Shown in pieces: positions 62,613 to 64,000 of a DNA stretch of 64,000 nucleotides. The first letter of the stretch is position 1, and the number at the start of each line of letters is the position of its first letter. The position numbers and the translations under genes were made by a program. Source of the stretch: Mycobacteriales bacterium (GTDB lineage: Bacteria > Actinomycetota > Actinomycetes > JAFAQI01); assembly GCA_035547515.1 (NCBI GenBank), contig DASZUS010000008.1, positions 28,257 to 92,256 on the forward strand, in the 5' to 3' direction. Below the pieces are notes generated by a model. That model searched no databases. It was not told the origin of the DNA and saw nothing but the letters and a program-made list of their open reading frames with translations.

Positions 62613-63326
62613 CTAGCTCGACGGGGTGAAGTGCCCCTGCAGGTGCCAGTAGCCGGAGAACCCGTTGAACGGCCCGCCGACGATCGAGCTGGTCCAGGTG
62701 AGGACGAAGGCGCCCGTCGCCGCGTTGTAGGTGCCGGTCACGGGCGAGGTGATGCCGGGAGAGGTGCCCCCCGGCTTCGGCGAGCCCTGGTTGAAGTACT
62801 GGTTGTTCCAGGACGCCGACCACGCCTCGAGCTGGCCGGAGAGCTTGCCGTCGTTGTCGAAGATCTGCGGCGCGGGAACCTTGATGTGGCTCTGGGGGTC
62901 GACCTGCTCGGTCTGGATCCCGAACTCGATGGCGGTGAACGTCCCCGGCTTGGTGATCCGGTCGGCGAGGGAGTTGCCGTGGGCGTCGAACGCCTTCGCC
63001 GGCGGCGGCTGGAAGGTGCCGGTGACCAGCCCGCCGTCGGTGCCGGGCAGCTCGGGGGAGTAGGACTTGTCGGTGCAGACCGAGTCCGGGTTCTGGAAGT
63101 ACGGGCCGTTGGCGAGGCTGCCGTTGGCGTCGATCATCCGGAAGTAGCTGCCGGTCGGGGTCCCGCTGCCCTTGCAGGAGCCCGGCGTCAGGTGGAATGT
63201 GCCGACGAGTGCTTTCGCGCCCTGCGGGGCCGTGGTGCCGCCTCCTGACGAGCCGCCTCCGCACGCGGCGCCGGCGACCGCGAGCGACGCGGCCGTGAGG
63301 GCGAGACGAGCGGTACGGCGGTTCAT
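62613..63326 (-). CDS. lipoprotein of the same uncharacterised paralog family (member 3, 237 aa)
   Basis: The ATG at 63326 gives the lipobox SLAVAGAACGG. Core motifs: GTPTGSYFRM, LPGTDGGLVTGTFQ, FDAHGNS, VTGTYNAATGAFVLTWTSS, HLQGHFTPSS at the end. It is convergent with the operon, 13 bp from its end. Confidence 0.6.
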   Translation of the reverse strand: MNRRTARLALTAASLAVAGAACGGGSSGGGTTAPQGAKALVGTFHLTPGSCKGSGTPTGSYFRMIDANGSLANGPYFQNPDSVCTDKSYSPELPGTDGGLVTGTFQPPPAKAFDAHGNSLADRITKPGTFTAIEFGIQTEQVDPQSHIKVPAPQIFDNDGKLSGQLEAWSASWNNQYFNQGSPKPGGTSPGITSPVTGTYNAATGAFVLTWTSSIVGGPFNGFSGYWHLQGHFTPSS

Positions 63327-63334
63327 GGCACTCC

Positions 63335-64000
63335 TCATGCGGCGACGGGATCGGTGGCGACCGAGGCTTCGGCCGGGGTGTCGGGACGGCGTTGCGGCGG
63401 TGCGCCGGCTGCGATCGCGGCGAAGAAGACCAACGCGCCCGGTACGACGAAGAACCAGGGGAACAGCATGAACGAGGGCAGCGACGAGATCGCCTGGAAG
63501 CGCGGCAGGCTGTCGCTCATCGCGCCGATCATCGGTGTCATGTCGTTGAGGATGTGCACCCAGTCGGCGTCGAGGGCGGTGATTGACGGGTAGTCGGCCG
63601 CGAGAGCGGCCTGGCTGACCCCGGAGGAGCGCAACGCCGGGACGATGTCGTTGCGGATCGCACCTTGTCCGACCGCCATCGTCGAGAAGTACTGCTGGAT
63701 CTGCCCGATCTTCTGAGGCGTCTCGATCTGCTTGAAGGTGCTCATCATGTCGGCGCCCTTCGGCGCCCGGTCGAACATCTGCGTCGCAACCGGGGCGAGG
63801 ATCAGCGCGATCCCGATCACGGCCAGGCCGATCCGGGTGGGCTGGGGCGGCAGCGCCCCGAGCAGGCCCGCGATGGCGAGCGCTGCCATGAGAACGCCGG
63901 GGATGACGAAGAACCACGGGAACAGCCGGAAGCTGGGCAGTGCGGCCATCGCCTGGTAGTTGCCGAGGTTGTCCTGCACCTTGTCGAGCAGGTCGGTCAT
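63335..64000 (-). CDS. membrane protein with internally duplicated TM module (at least 221 aa; start coincides with the window edge)
   Basis: An ATG sits exactly at 63998-64000, so the gene may extend beyond the window. Two copies of a module are present: YQAMAALPSFRLFPWFFVIPGVLMAALAIAG and FQAISSLPSFMLFPWFFVVPGALVFFAAIAAG. A ~110-aa soluble region separates them. The stop lies 8 bp upstream of paralog 3's start. Confidence 0.5.
   Translation of the reverse strand: MTDLLDKVQDNLGNYQAMAALPSFRLFPWFFVIPGVLMAALAIAGLLGALPPQPTRIGLAVIGIALILAPVATQMFDRAPKGADMMSTFKQIETPQKIGQIQQYFSTMAVGQGAIRNDIVPALRSSGVSQAALAADYPSITALDADWVHILNDMTPMIGAMSDSLPRFQAISSLPSFMLFPWFFVVPGALVFFAAIAAGAPPQRRPDTPAEASVATDPVAA

Noticed and set aside
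1-64000. Search for tRNA/rRNA genes, CRISPR arrays, transposases, integrases and obvious prophage or defence islands
   Set aside because: I saw no T-loop/anticodon-arm-like conserved segments, no regularly spaced direct repeats and no transposase or integrase motifs (DDE, tyrosine recombinase R..H..Y) in any plausible ORF. I cannot exclude small ncRNAs without covariance-model searches.

Overview
High-GC (about 70%) actinobacterial chromosome segment, densely coding, with about 58 supportable CDSs. I found no rRNA, tRNA, CRISPR array or transposase. Recognisable blocks, in order: (1) a contiguous FAS-II block, fabH(partial)-acpP-kasA-accD6-like-mabA-inhA. (2) A secreted PQQ-like propeller, an orphan Dam-type DNA methyltransferase, a phosphodiester glycosidase and LysE. 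(3) An uncharacterised secreted 837-aa protein plus an anchored 305-aa protein, downstream of an RsbW-like ATPase. (4) A complete mce operon (yrbEAB-mceABCDEF-mas) with eight consecutive 4-nt start/stop overlaps. (5) ephD, DUF2237, hemerythrin, DUF1206, a sulfatase-like MBL hydrolase, a desaturase plus methyltransferase pair, and a TetR-hydrolase-BVMO cluster. (6) A DUF222/HNH (REP13E12-like) gene flanked by short direct repeats. (7) A PAS-GAF-PP2C phosphatase divergent from a MEDS-HATPase kinase. (8) A single-polypeptide LivH-LivM-LivF-LivG ABC importer with its binding protein and an anchored surface protein. (9) The most interesting region, about 51.4-64 kb. A persulfide-dioxygenase/rhodanese, cysteine-dioxygenase and rhodanese module sits divergent from a 7-gene translationally coupled secreted operon. 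That operon encodes an enlarged SBP56 (selenium-binding protein/methanethiol-oxidase)-like protein, a CopC-CopD-PBP1 fusion, lipoproteins and a three-member uncharacterised paralog family. The two transcription-unit leaders share an AT-rich 12-mer. All functional calls rest on motif recognition by eye. No database search was possible.
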